Assembly (NCBI GenBank): GCA_041666745.1
Contig: JBAYGI010000003.1
Location: 76,782 to 140,781 of the forward strand
Source of the DNA: Candidatus Magasanikiibacteriota bacterium
GTDB lineage: Bacteria > Patescibacteriota > Patescibacteriia > Magasanikbacterales > GWA2-37-8
Length of the DNA: 64,000 nucleotides
Reading direction: 5' to 3'
Positions 1-10,040 of the stretch are shown here, in pieces. Every line of letters begins with the position of its first letter. Positions within the stretch are counted from its first letter, which is position 1. The position numbers and the translations under genes are program-made. The notes beneath the pieces are model-generated. The model was given only the letters and a program-made list of their open reading frames with translations. It was not told where the DNA came from and did not search any database.

Positions 1-623
1 GAAATATGACCAAAACTACCTGTTTTTTTACCTCTATAGTCCGAACCAAGTGCGTCACAGTTGTCTTCTATAAGCCACAGGCCTTTTTCTTGACAAAATT
101 CAGCAATTTTATCTACTTCATAGGGATTACCAAGTGTGTGTGCAATAATCACCGCTCTTGTTTTATCAGAAAATGCTTTTTTAATTGAATCTAAACTCGG
201 ATTATAGTAACCAAGCTCAACATCAACGAATACTGGAACTAAACCATTGGTAATTATAGGATTAATAGTAGTTGGAAAACCAGCAGCAACAGTTATAACC
301 TCGTCACCTGGTTTTAATCTTTTATTTTCCGGTAATTTTTTTGAGGTTAAAGCCGTAATAGCTATTAAATTAGCAGAAGAACCAGAATTCACCAAAGAAC
401 AACTTTTAACCCCAATAAATGAAGCGATTTTTTGCTCTAACTGTTGAGAATATGTTCCTTCTGTCCACCAACCCTCCAAAACCGCTTCAGTGGCCATCAA
501 TATTTCATTCTCATCAAAAATTTTACCGGAAACTGGAACAATTGATTCTCCTGGAATGAATGTTTTTCCAGGGAAATTATTTTTATATTCATTTATTAAT
601 AGCGTTTTAAGATCTTGATTCAT
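1..623 (-). CDS. rfbH: CDP-4-keto-6-deoxy-D-glucose 3-dehydratase (RfbH/DdhC, DegT-like), 3' end beyond window
   Basis: Not in ORF track; manual translation from ATG at 623: MNQDLK...PVSGKIFDENE...GWWTEG...VNSGSSANL...PGDEVITVAAGFPTTINP...AHTLGNP...IEDNCDALGS, typical RfbH motifs. Confidence 0.85.
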   Translation of the reverse strand, partial: MNQDLKTLLINEYKNNFPGKTFIPGESIVPVSGKIFDENEILMATEAVLEGWWTEGTYSQQLEQKIASFIGVKSCSLVNSGSSANLIAITALTSKKLPENKRLKPGDEVITVAAGFPTTINPIITNGLVPVFVDVELGYYNPSLDSIKKAFSDKTRAVIIAHTLGNPYEVDKIAEFCQEKGLWLIEDNCDALGSDYRGKKTGSFGHI

Positions 624-1866
624 AGGTTTTTTTAGAATATTCTTTAAAAATTATAATTAAAAATATCAAGATATAAATTGGTCTAAATACGAATAATAAC
701 GAGCCAGGCATTGTTTGAAACCATGTCACTAACAACGGTTCTGAAAAAATTAGAAATATCAAAATATCTAAAAAAAACTGTTTTTTTAAACTAAAAATCT
801 TACGTTCTCTCAACCACCACCAGATTAACAACAAAAATAACAAGTGGACACCGTTGTATATCAGGGAAACACTCGGTATCAATATCATCAAGCTGGTAAA
901 AAACGCAAACTCAGCCAATACAAAAAATTCATCAGTTGAAGTTTTGTTTATTTTTATCCGACGATACAATGCGAGGAAGAAAAAAGCAACACTAAATAAT
1001 ATTAATATTGAATAAACTGATCGACTGGTAGAAAACGACATTATTGAACGAGTTAAGCGATTATAAAATATGCCCATTAGGCCGTTATTAAATATGGAAG
1101 AAGTTGCCCAACTACCTGAAAATAATGTTAAATTATCGACGAATTTCAATAAACGATCAACTCCTAACAATACTGATCCAAATATTAAAGTAAATAAGGA
1201 TGCAAAAAATGCTTTTTTATTTTTAAGAAATAAATATGGAATAAAAATCACTGGCGTCAGTTTAAGTAACGCAGCGATACCAATAAAAAATCCAGCCGAT
1301 TTTGAACTATTTTTAGTTAAAAAATAGAAAGACAAAGCAAGACAAAACAACACCAATATATCAGTTTGACCGTGCGCTAAATGCATCCAAATAATTGGGG
1401 ACAATAAGAACAACGTTCCAATAACCAAACGAGTTAAAACCTTATTGACTGCAAAATTAGTAACTAGAAAAATAGATACTCCAAACATTATCAAAATTAA
1501 ATATGAATACCAGGTAAATGCTGTATGCAGAGAAAAAAAAGACAATGGAACAAAAATAAAAGCCAACAATGGAGGGTAAATAAAGCGCGAAATACCGCGT
1601 TCGTGTTCGCCAGGTAAAAATTCATTATCATTTTTAACAACATAAAATTCACCTACAGTGCGCAATCTATATCCAGCAAAATAAAATGTAGTAAAATCTC
1701 TTCCACCACCTGCCAAACCTTCCCCATAAATATGATGAAAATTTAGTGGTGAAATATTAAACGCTGCAACTTCCACTACTAAAATTGCTAAGCCTAGCAA
1801 GTAAAGAATCCAAATATAAAAAGAACGATAGTTTAATATATTGGCCATTAATTTTTTAAGAAACAT
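607..1866 (-). CDS. GT-C fold membrane glycosyltransferase (GT87/DUF2029-like)
   Basis: Multi-TM protein with DF..FY, FIYPP, GQTD and LLKLTP motifs. Confidence 0.75.
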   Translation of the reverse strand: MFLKKLMANILNYRSFYIWILYLLGLAILVVEVAAFNISPLNFHHIYGEGLAGGGRDFTTFYFAGYRLRTVGEFYVVKNDNEFLPGEHERGISRFIYPPLLAFIFVPLSFFSLHTAFTWYSYLILIMFGVSIFLVTNFAVNKVLTRLVIGTLFLLSPIIWMHLAHGQTDILVLFCLALSFYFLTKNSSKSAGFFIGIAALLKLTPVIFIPYLFLKNKKAFFASLFTLIFGSVLLGVDRLLKFVDNLTLFSGSWATSSIFNNGLMGIFYNRLTRSIMSFSTSRSVYSILILFSVAFFFLALYRRIKINKTSTDEFFVLAEFAFFTSLMILIPSVSLIYNGVHLLFLLLIWWWLRERKIFSLKKQFFLDILIFLIFSEPLLVTWFQTMPGSLLFVFRPIYILIFLIIIFKEYSKKTYESRS

Positions 1867-1898
1867 ACTGAATTTTTATTAATTTATTCAACATATTA

Positions 1899-2846
1899 TC
1901 ACTCAAAATTTACTCTTTCTTTTTCAATTACCATTGGCCGATGCTTAACTTGAGTATAAATAGCGCCGATATATTCCCCCAGTATGCCAATAAAAAATAA
2001 TTGCACAGAAGAAAAAAAGAAAATACCAATTATTAAAGGGGCGAGACCGAGCTGAAATTCTTGCCAATACAACAATTTATATGCCAGATAGATAATGGCA
2101 ATAATAAAACTAATTACCGAGATAATAAAACCTATAAAACTAGCCATGCGCAAAGGAACTTTTGAGTGGTTAACAAAGCCTAACATCGCCACATCATACA
2201 AAGTATAAAAATTATTTTTTGACTTGCCTTTTTTTCTCTCGAATTGTGTATAGAATATCTCAGTACGCTCAAAACCAATTTCGTTAATAAGACCGCGAAA
2301 ATATGGATACGGATCATTTATCTGTCTCAATACTTCAATAAATTTACGATCATATAATCCATACCCAAAAAAATTATTTATCTGTTCAATTTCTGCAAAT
2401 TTTTTAATTAGGGTATAGTATATTTTTCTAATAAAAAACATTAGCGGATTTTCAAGGCTTTTGTTTTTAATACCTATTACAACTTTATAACCTTCCTCCC
2501 ACTTCTTAATAAATTCTTTCATCAAAATGGGCGGATCTTGCAAATCGCTAAGCAACATGATAACGGCATCACCTCGTGCTTGCAATAAAGCATGGATAGG
2601 CGAACAGATATGACCAAAATTACGAGTATTTACAATAATTTTTACATTTTTATCCAATTGTGCTATTTGTTTCAAAATACTCACTGTCCTATCTGTAGAG
2701 GCGTTATCGATGAAAATATGTTCATAATCATAATGTAACAAACCAACAAATACAGCCTTCGTTTGTTCATACACATCGCTAACGTTGTCCTCTTCATTAA
2801 AACATGGGGTAACTACACTAATTTTTTTTCTTTGATCAACTATCAT
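1899..2846 (-). CDS. GT2 polyprenyl-phosphate glycosyltransferase (GtrB/ArnC-like)
   Basis: ISVVTPCFNEE, IDNASTD, RNFG, DLQDPP; two C-terminal TMs ending GILGEYIGAIY...RP. Confidence 0.85.
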   Translation of the reverse strand: MIVDQRKKISVVTPCFNEEDNVSDVYEQTKAVFVGLLHYDYEHIFIDNASTDRTVSILKQIAQLDKNVKIIVNTRNFGHICSPIHALLQARGDAVIMLLSDLQDPPILMKEFIKKWEEGYKVVIGIKNKSLENPLMFFIRKIYYTLIKKFAEIEQINNFFGYGLYDRKFIEVLRQINDPYPYFRGLINEIGFERTEIFYTQFERKKGKSKNNFYTLYDVAMLGFVNHSKVPLRMASFIGFIISVISFIIAIIYLAYKLLYWQEFQLGLAPLIIGIFFFSSVQLFFIGILGEYIGAIYTQVKHRPMVIEKERVNFE

Positions 2847-2858
2847 AAATTATTAACA

Positions 2859-3746
2859 TTATTCAAATAAAATATCCTCTTTTTTAATAGTATTAATTTG
2901 TTTGGAGTAAAATAAAAATAATTTACTAATCGCCTCGTCAATTTTGGTAAATTTTAAATCAGGTATTTCTTTCCTTAAACGAGTAATATCACAGGAATAT
3001 TCTTTATTAAAACCGTCTTTTTTTATTTTTATTTCTAAATTTTTCCCCGACTGTTGTTTTATCTTTTTGGCAACATCTGACAACAAAACCCTCTGGCCGG
3101 TGCCGACATTATATGTTTTTTCTTTTCCTTGGTGGATGATAAAATAATCAACAATTTTAACAAAATCATCCACAAAAATATAATCAAAATATACATCCTG
3201 ATTAATTGAAATTGGTAAATTTAATAAAGCACGACAAATATTGTTGGAAATAAATCGAATACAACAATCTTCATATTTTCCAAATATTCCAAAAATTCTC
3301 AAATGAGTAATAAAATCTACTCGTTGCGCATATTGGGCACAAATATATTTATATAAACCATACCTATCAGTCGGAACTTTTTTGTCAAAATCAACTTCTT
3401 GAACATGAGAGATGTCATCTTGTTTACCATATTCAGCGCCAGAACCAAATGTTATCATTCTACCAAAATATCTATGACAGCGAGCAATATTAAAAAACAT
3501 GCTCAAATTCATCGATAGAACATCATCCGAATCTTTTTGTAGTCGGGTGCCACCCAAATTTGCTCCATGAATAACAAGATCAGGGCGACAGTTTTTTATA
3601 TAATTCTGCACTGCCGTGGAATCGCACAGATTTAATTCCGTACTACGCGGAGTAATAAAATTATATTTGTCACCAAGCAAATTTAATATGTTTTTGCCAA
3701 TAAACCCCCCACTTCCGGTGAGTAAAATTTTTATTTTATTTTTCAT
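2859..3746 (-). CDS. NAD-dependent epimerase/reductase (extended SDR), probable NDP-sugar keto-reductase
   Basis: TGSGGFIG Rossmann motif, GSGAEYG, YGLYK catalytic YxxxK. Confidence 0.85.
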   Translation of the reverse strand: MKNKIKILLTGSGGFIGKNILNLLGDKYNFITPRSTELNLCDSTAVQNYIKNCRPDLVIHGANLGGTRLQKDSDDVLSMNLSMFFNIARCHRYFGRMITFGSGAEYGKQDDISHVQEVDFDKKVPTDRYGLYKYICAQYAQRVDFITHLRIFGIFGKYEDCCIRFISNNICRALLNLPISINQDVYFDYIFVDDFVKIVDYFIIHQGKEKTYNVGTGQRVLLSDVAKKIKQQSGKNLEIKIKKDGFNKEYSCDITRLRKEIPDLKFTKIDEAISKLFLFYSKQINTIKKEDILFE

Positions 3747-4381
3747 ACCAAAATATCTAATATTTCTTGAGGATTATCAACAACATACTCCGGCTCAGCA
3801 GCATTCAACTTAATTTTATCATGAAACCCCCAAGTAACTGCCAACATTTTCACACCAACACACTTACCATCAATAATATCACCCACGGTATCAGTAATAA
3901 AATAGCAATCAGAAGGTTGGAGTTTTAAACTTTCAACCAAAGACTCAACAACACCAGCCTTACCGTTTTTGTTAATTCCTAAAATTTCAAAGAATGATGA
4001 ACGTAAGCCATTCATTTCTAATATTTTTTCAATTTGAATTTTGGGAGCACTCGAAACTATAGCCATATGATCATAACCCGCTAATTGTATTTTTTTTACC
4101 ATTTCCTCCGCAAAATCATATAACTTGGTTCGCGAATAGTAATTATCGAAAACAGAATATTTTAGCACTTTGAATTCTTCTAATTTTCTCGGCTCTAAAG
4201 CCAAGAGCTTTTCCAAATTACCATGAAAATTTGAATTCAAAAAAAGGTTAGAATATTCTACCGCTGATATTTCCCGATCAAAGTGTGAACAGACAAAAAC
4301 ATGCATTTTATGTAACTCGTCAAAAGAGTTGTTTAACACCCCATCAAAATCAAATATTATAATCTTTTTTCTACTAATCAT
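3743..4381 (-). CDS. HAD-family phosphatase
   Basis: FDFDGVL motif I, VSS motif II, ITDTVGD, AVTWGF. Confidence 0.85.
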   Translation of the reverse strand: MISRKKIIIFDFDGVLNNSFDELHKMHVFVCSHFDREISAVEYSNLFLNSNFHGNLEKLLALEPRKLEEFKVLKYSVFDNYYSRTKLYDFAEEMVKKIQLAGYDHMAIVSSAPKIQIEKILEMNGLRSSFFEILGINKNGKAGVVESLVESLKLQPSDCYFITDTVGDIIDGKCVGVKMLAVTWGFHDKIKLNAAEPEYVVDNPQEILDILV

Positions 4382-4382
4382 A

Positions 4383-4919
4383 CTAAAATCTTTTTATAAT
4401 AGCTTTCATAAAAGCTCCAACATCACGCGGATGGCGACAGGTAATAATATTGTCATCTTCCACAACCGGCTGATTCTCATAAATTGCACCACAATTTTTC
4501 AAATCATCCATTATACCTACATAACAAGTAGCGTGCTTATTTTTTAAAATTCCAGCAGAAATCAATACCCATGGGCCATGGCAAAAAGCTGCAATGATTT
4601 TTTTTGATTCATACATTTTGCGCACAAAATCCAAAACTTCCGGTATCTGTCGAACACGATCGGGAGCTTCAAAACCACCTGGTATTAAAACAAGATCGTA
4701 ATTGTCTAGATTTAACTTGGTAGAATCGATTAACTGTCCATAATATCGAATTAACAGTTCTAGAGGAAAATTCAAACGACCATTTACCATTTTTTTATCT
4801 TTTGTAGCGATGTCTATTTTAAACCCTTCTTCATGCAAACGAATAACGGGATAGATTACCTCCTCATCTTCAAAACCTTCAGCTGTAATTATCACGGCTC
4901 TTTTTGTCAGGTTGCTCAT
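4383..4919 (-). CDS. DJ-1/PfpI family protein
   Basis: GFEDEE, IPGG, AAFCHGPWVL nucleophile Cys; start taken at MSNLTK (ORF track extends to 4949). Confidence 0.85.
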   Translation of the reverse strand: MSNLTKRAVIITAEGFEDEEVIYPVIRLHEEGFKIDIATKDKKMVNGRLNFPLELLIRYYGQLIDSTKLNLDNYDLVLIPGGFEAPDRVRQIPEVLDFVRKMYESKKIIAAFCHGPWVLISAGILKNKHATCYVGIMDDLKNCGAIYENQPVVEDDNIITCRHPRDVGAFMKAIIKRF

Positions 4920-4941
4920 ATTATTAAAATTCCTAATTAAT

Positions 4942-6732
4942 TTAAACATTATTCATATTTTTTGAATATTCATCCCTTTTCAAAAACGGAAACATATCTT
5001 CCAAGGGTTTACTATCCATAGTACCATCAGAATTTTTCATGGAATATACTTTTGGAATCAGAGGCTGGAAAGCAGACATATTGATTTCGCAAACAACCGG
5101 CCCCTTACTTTTTAATACTTTATCTATTTTTTTTTCGATACCCTTATGATCTTTTATTCGAGAATATTGAATACCAAAAGCAGCAACTACTTTTCTAAAG
5201 TCTGGGAAACTCACCCCCGAAGAAGGATCGCTCGCTTCTAGGTCGCCGCCAAAAAATGAATTCTGGGTATTTCTGATAGCCAAATAACCTTGGTTGTTTA
5301 ACAAAAATACTTTTATTGGGAGATTGTGATGTTTGATAGTCTGTAGCTCCTGAATATTCATCATGATACTACCGTCACCGGTAATGAGGATGACTCTTTT
5401 TTTGTCATTTGCAAAACAAGCTCCAATCGCAGCTGGCAAATCATAACCCATGGCAGCACAACCAACATTGCTAATCAACCTTTGATTTTTCTTTATTTTA
5501 AAACACTGTAAAGTGGCGGTGAATGATGTACCAACACCAGTCAAAATTATTTCACCTTTTTTCAACAAAGAGGCTAAAACTTCGGTGAAATAATATGAAT
5601 TTACAAAATTCTTTTCATCTTTATACTCTGGTAAAACTACTGGATATTTTTCTTTCCACGCAATACAACGACTAACCCAATCGCTTGAATCTTTCCACTC
5701 ACCATCACTGGTCATGTTTAGTACCTCATTTAAAAAAACCTTGGCATCAATATTAATTGGCAAATCGGGATGAATGGTTTTTTTCGATAATTCCAACTTA
5801 TCAATATCAATAACTATTTTTTTGGATTTTTTGGCAAATTCGTTATAGTTATATCCAATATTCCAAAGATGATGCCGAACTCCAACACTAATTAATAAAT
5901 CACAATTTTGTACGGCAAAATTTCCGGCACGATCGCCAAATACACCTGGCCGCCCAACGCACAAACCATGTTCGCTTGGTATTAAATCATGCGCTGACAT
6001 AGAAGTAACTACCGGAATCTGTAATTTTTCAATAACCTTCATTAAAACATCTTCACCCTTTGCCAACCTAATACCATGACCGATAAATAACAAGGGGCGT
6101 TTTGCTGAATTAATCATTTTTTTAAAATCAGAAATTTTTGGAGACAAACTATTATCAACAAACTTTTCCTCCATGTCCGGTTTAAAACCTAATAATTCGT
6201 CTGTATTTACTATAGCCGATTGAACATCTGACGGTACATCAATGAGTACTGGCCCCGGTCGGCCAGATTTTGCCAAATAAACAGCTTTTTCTAGGTGATA
6301 TCTTATATCTTTTTGATCTAATACAACTACAGCATATTTGGAAATAGTTTTTACCAAATTAGGAGCATCTACCTCTTGAACCCCTAATTGCCTCAAACCA
6401 CTACCCCCGATCATATTGTCCCTTTTGACTTGTCCCGAGATATATAAAACTGGGATAGAATCAAGCCATGCGCCGGCAATACCGGTGATGGTGTTAGTTA
6501 ATCCTGGTCCAACAGTAGCCATACAAACCCCAATATTTTGATTTATTCGAGAATAACTTTCAGCGGCCATAGCTGACGCTTGTTCATGGTGATTGCAAAC
6601 ATATTTTAATTTATTATTTTTGGCTATCGAATCAATCATTTGCACGTTGCAACCACCAGAAATCAAAAAGACGTGCTTTACACCAAGTGTTGAAATAAAT
6701 TTTGCTATATAATCGGATACTTTAATTTTCAT
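4942..6732 (-). CDS. ThDP-dependent carboligase, acetolactate-synthase-like (YerE-like), copy 1
   Basis: HHEQASAMAAE, GPGLTN, GRPGPV, GDGS...NN ThDP motif; glycan-cluster context. Confidence 0.85.
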   Translation of the reverse strand: MKIKVSDYIAKFISTLGVKHVFLISGGCNVQMIDSIAKNNKLKYVCNHHEQASAMAAESYSRINQNIGVCMATVGPGLTNTITGIAGAWLDSIPVLYISGQVKRDNMIGGSGLRQLGVQEVDAPNLVKTISKYAVVVLDQKDIRYHLEKAVYLAKSGRPGPVLIDVPSDVQSAIVNTDELLGFKPDMEEKFVDNSLSPKISDFKKMINSAKRPLLFIGHGIRLAKGEDVLMKVIEKLQIPVVTSMSAHDLIPSEHGLCVGRPGVFGDRAGNFAVQNCDLLISVGVRHHLWNIGYNYNEFAKKSKKIVIDIDKLELSKKTIHPDLPINIDAKVFLNEVLNMTSDGEWKDSSDWVSRCIAWKEKYPVVLPEYKDEKNFVNSYYFTEVLASLLKKGEIILTGVGTSFTATLQCFKIKKNQRLISNVGCAAMGYDLPAAIGACFANDKKRVILITGDGSIMMNIQELQTIKHHNLPIKVFLLNNQGYLAIRNTQNSFFGGDLEASDPSSGVSFPDFRKVVAAFGIQYSRIKDHKGIEKKIDKVLKSKGPVVCEINMSAFQPLIPKVYSMKNSDGTMDSKPLEDMFPFLKRDEYSKNMNNV

Positions 6733-6735
6733 AGA

Positions 6736-7446
6736 TTATCGAATTAGTAGAAATCGAATTGAATTTTGGGACAAACAATCTTGTTCCAACTTACTACCAA
6801 CATGCAGTACTTCACCTAATAAAGAATAATTATTATCATCGTGCGCAATCGGACAAATTATATCACTCGGATGCAAAATAGTACAGGCGAGATCGGTGGT
6901 ACTTATCAAAGACATGATTCTATTTTTAAAACTTTTTTCGATATCAGTTTTGGCAAAGGCGTGATACTCAAAACCACTAAGATCTCTAGTTGTTTCTGAA
7001 ACACCCTCATAACCTTTATTTTCTCTCCCATAAGCATCCCTCAGACGTATAAGATCACCTTTGTTGGGTGGATTTTCTATTTCAATCACATATGCACCAC
7101 CATTGGATATGGCCAAGGTAGAATGAAAAACTCCATTATCTATCATAATAGCCTCTTTTTCTGACAACAAAAATGTGTCGGTGAGGGACGAAGTTTCAAT
7201 TTTCCCATGCAGATTTATCAATGATGTTTTCTTGTTGGGGTGACAATGCATAGAAGTCTTCATACCATTTTTTATATACAAAAACCAAATTGCCACATGT
7301 TTATTTTCAAAAAGCAAATATTCGTAACCCCATGGTTTGCGCACTACCAGCCCATTATAATCGGGATTATCAGAGAATATCGGTACAGACTTTTGCAAGG
7401 ATAGATTAGCCAAGTCAAATTGTGAACGAAAGATTTTGTTAATCAT
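6736..7446 (-). CDS. Cupin-domain protein (mannose-6-P isomerase type II C-terminal-like)
   Basis: KPWGYE, TSMHCHPNK, GVFH, IRLRDAYGR; ATGA overlap with upstream stop supports start at 7446. Confidence 0.7.
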   Translation of the reverse strand: MINKIFRSQFDLANLSLQKSVPIFSDNPDYNGLVVRKPWGYEYLLFENKHVAIWFLYIKNGMKTSMHCHPNKKTSLINLHGKIETSSLTDTFLLSEKEAIMIDNGVFHSTLAISNGGAYVIEIENPPNKGDLIRLRDAYGRENKGYEGVSETTRDLSGFEYHAFAKTDIEKSFKNRIMSLISTTDLACTILHPSDIICPIAHDDNNYSLLGEVLHVGSKLEQDCLSQNSIRFLLIR

Positions 7447-8231
7447 ACAAGCCAAGGAGCGCAATTTTTGTCGCAAAGATCATTTAAGAATTTATACTCT
7501 CTGTCATTGTCCAAACACTGCCAGAAACCACTATGATGGTAAATTTTTAATTGGCCAGTGGTAGATAATTTTTCAAAAACACTATTATTGTGCTCAATTG
7601 AACATTCGTCAAAAGTAGTTAAATAATTAAAGATACTTTGTCGTAGAACTATAAAACCACCACTAACAACACCAGCCAAGCTATTTAATTTGGAAACCGG
7701 ACTATAAAATATTGATGTGTCGTTTTTTAGGACAAACTCACCATAGCGAAAGGGAGGCAAAACTCCAGTGACAGTGACAGAAAGATTGTGATTCTTGTGA
7801 AAATCTAGAAGTTTATTCAAATCTAAATCTGACAAACAATCAGCATAAGTGGCAAAAAAATCACCTTCATCTAAATATTTTTTACAACGGTACAGACGAG
7901 CACCCGTACCCGCCGATTCACCCGTATCAACGAAAGTTATTTTCCAATCATTTTCTTGGTTGGATGTTAGATGTTCTACCTCCTGATTAGAATTTTTTAA
8001 ATCCAAAACAACATCATTAGTATTGCGATTGTAATTAAAAAAATAATCTCTAATCGACTCTCCCCCACTACCCAAAGCGAGCACAAAATCTTTGTGACCA
8101 TATTTGGCAAAAATTTTCATTACATGCCACAATATTGGTTTACCGGCAATTTTAATCATAGCTTTTGGCACAAAGCTATTCATATTTTTTAAGCGCATCC
8201 CTTGTCCACCACAGAATATTACGGTTTTCAT
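7443..8231 (-). CDS. Glucose-1-phosphate cytidylyltransferase-like, divergent second copy
   Basis: CGGQGMRL...PKAM, VDTGE..TGARL, TYAD, GFWQCLD. Confidence 0.8.
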   Translation of the reverse strand: MKTVIFCGGQGMRLKNMNSFVPKAMIKIAGKPILWHVMKIFAKYGHKDFVLALGSGGESIRDYFFNYNRNTNDVVLDLKNSNQEVEHLTSNQENDWKITFVDTGESAGTGARLYRCKKYLDEGDFFATYADCLSDLDLNKLLDFHKNHNLSVTVTGVLPPFRYGEFVLKNDTSIFYSPVSKLNSLAGVVSGGFIVLRQSIFNYLTTFDECSIEHNNSVFEKLSTTGQLKIYHHSGFWQCLDNDREYKFLNDLCDKNCAPWLV

Positions 8232-8237
8232 ATATAT

Positions 8238-10037
8238 CTAAGATAATATTTGTTTAATTTCTTTCATTTCTTTTTCTGACAAGAAGGGGTACATGTCATC
8301 AATTGAAGTAGAAACAAGCTTGCCGTCTGGCAATTTTTTCGAAGACACTGTGGGGATAATCAAATGATTTGTTTGACAAATAATTTCGCAAATTTCCGGT
8401 CCGGTAGAATCTAAAACTTTTTTAAGTTTATTATTTATATTAATACTATTGCTAATTCTAGTAAATTTTATGCCATAGGCACCAGCAATCTTCTTTGTTG
8501 AAGGAAAACTTACTCCACTGGATTCGCTTTCTCCAATTAATCTTTTTTCTAAAAATAGAGACTGGGTATTCCGAATTGAAAGATAACCGTTGTTGTTTAA
8601 TACAAAAATTTTTATTGGCAATTTATTATAAACGATTGTTTGTAATTCATGGATATTTGTTTGAAACGAGCCGTCACCAACTATACAAATTACTCTGTTT
8701 TTTTTATTAGCCAGACAAGCACCAGTACTCGCGGGCAGTGCAAAACCCATTGATCCGCTAGAACTTGGTAATATCAAACGCTGACCTTTCTTAATTTTTA
8801 TTGCTTGTCTAACTACGTAAAAGGCGGAGCCGGCATCGGTCGTTATAATATCTTTGTTATTCATAACGTCAGAAATTTTATCAACAAAGTGATGAATATT
8901 CAAAGGAGTTTGTTTGGCATATTCTGGCAAACAAACCGGATATGATTCACGTAAATTACGACAAATATTTGACCAATTTGATTTGAAGCTAAATGTTAAA
9001 TTGTTTAGCCGTTCCGATAATTTATCAAGAAACACTTTGGCATCAGAGATAACCAGAAGATCTATCTTGATAGTTTTTTTCTTGTGTTCAGTACCATCTA
9101 TGTCCACCACAATCTTTTTTGCATCAGGCGCAAATTTTTCATATTCATAACCGATCAGAGGAACACTTAAACGTGAACCAATACTTATAATAAGATCGGA
9201 ATTTTGAATTGTCATATTAGCAGCCCTTTCCCCTTTCGTACCAATTCGACCAACAAAAAGTGGGTGAGAATCATGTATTATATCTACCCCCATAATGCCA
9301 GAAACAACTGGAATGTTAAGCTTCGCTATTAAACTATTAAATTCATCTACGGCACCAGCTATGCGAATACCATTACCCGCTACTATTACCGGTTTGCGAG
9401 CTTTTTTGAGTAATTTTATAATTTTTTCTATTTTTTTATCTAATTCAGTGTCGTGGTCACTTATTGATTTAACATCGGGATGAAAACCTTTTAATTCTTC
9501 AACATTAATGAATGACCCTTGAATGTCTACTGGTATATCAAGCCAGACAGGACCCGGTCTTCCATTTTTAGCGAGATAAATCGCCTTTTCTAGATGATAC
9601 CTAATTCCTTTAGGATCATCCACTACAACCGCATACTTAGTCATACTCTTAACTACCGGTAATATATCAACGGCTAGAGCACCAAACTGTCTCAAACCGG
9701 GAATGTGTGCTTCGTGGACAGTTTCCTTTTTTTTGCATTGCCCAGAAATAATTAGACAGGGAGTAGAGTCTTGCCAAGCACACATCAAACCCGTAATGGT
9801 ATTGGTGCCACCTGGGCCAGAAGTTACCATTGCTACACCAATTTTGCCTGTTATCCGGGCATAGCTATCTGCAGCCATTACTGATGCCTGCTCATGATGA
9901 TTACATGTGAATTTTATTTTTTTATGACAAGCCACAGCATCATTTAGATACATCGCACCACCACCAGTAACTAAAAATATATGACCAACGCCTAAATCAT
10001 ATAAAGTAGAAACAATGTAATCACTTACTCTTATCAT
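8238..10037 (-). CDS. ThDP-dependent carboligase, acetolactate-synthase-like (YerE-like), copy 2
   Basis: VTGGGAMYLND, HHEQAS, TSGPGGTN, GDGSFQ...NNNGY. Confidence 0.85.
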   Translation of the reverse strand: MIRVSDYIVSTLYDLGVGHIFLVTGGGAMYLNDAVACHKKIKFTCNHHEQASVMAADSYARITGKIGVAMVTSGPGGTNTITGLMCAWQDSTPCLIISGQCKKKETVHEAHIPGLRQFGALAVDILPVVKSMTKYAVVVDDPKGIRYHLEKAIYLAKNGRPGPVWLDIPVDIQGSFINVEELKGFHPDVKSISDHDTELDKKIEKIIKLLKKARKPVIVAGNGIRIAGAVDEFNSLIAKLNIPVVSGIMGVDIIHDSHPLFVGRIGTKGERAANMTIQNSDLIISIGSRLSVPLIGYEYEKFAPDAKKIVVDIDGTEHKKKTIKIDLLVISDAKVFLDKLSERLNNLTFSFKSNWSNICRNLRESYPVCLPEYAKQTPLNIHHFVDKISDVMNNKDIITTDAGSAFYVVRQAIKIKKGQRLILPSSSGSMGFALPASTGACLANKKNRVICIVGDGSFQTNIHELQTIVYNKLPIKIFVLNNNGYLSIRNTQSLFLEKRLIGESESSGVSFPSTKKIAGAYGIKFTRISNSININNKLKKVLDSTGPEICEIICQTNHLIIPTVSSKKLPDGKLVSTSIDDMYPFLSEKEMKEIKQILS

Positions 10038-10040
10038 ATA

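Noticed and set aside
4942-10037. ilvB / branched-chain amino-acid synthesis
   Set aside because: No ilvN/H, ilvC or ilvD nearby; CDP-dideoxysugar context favours YerE-like carboligases
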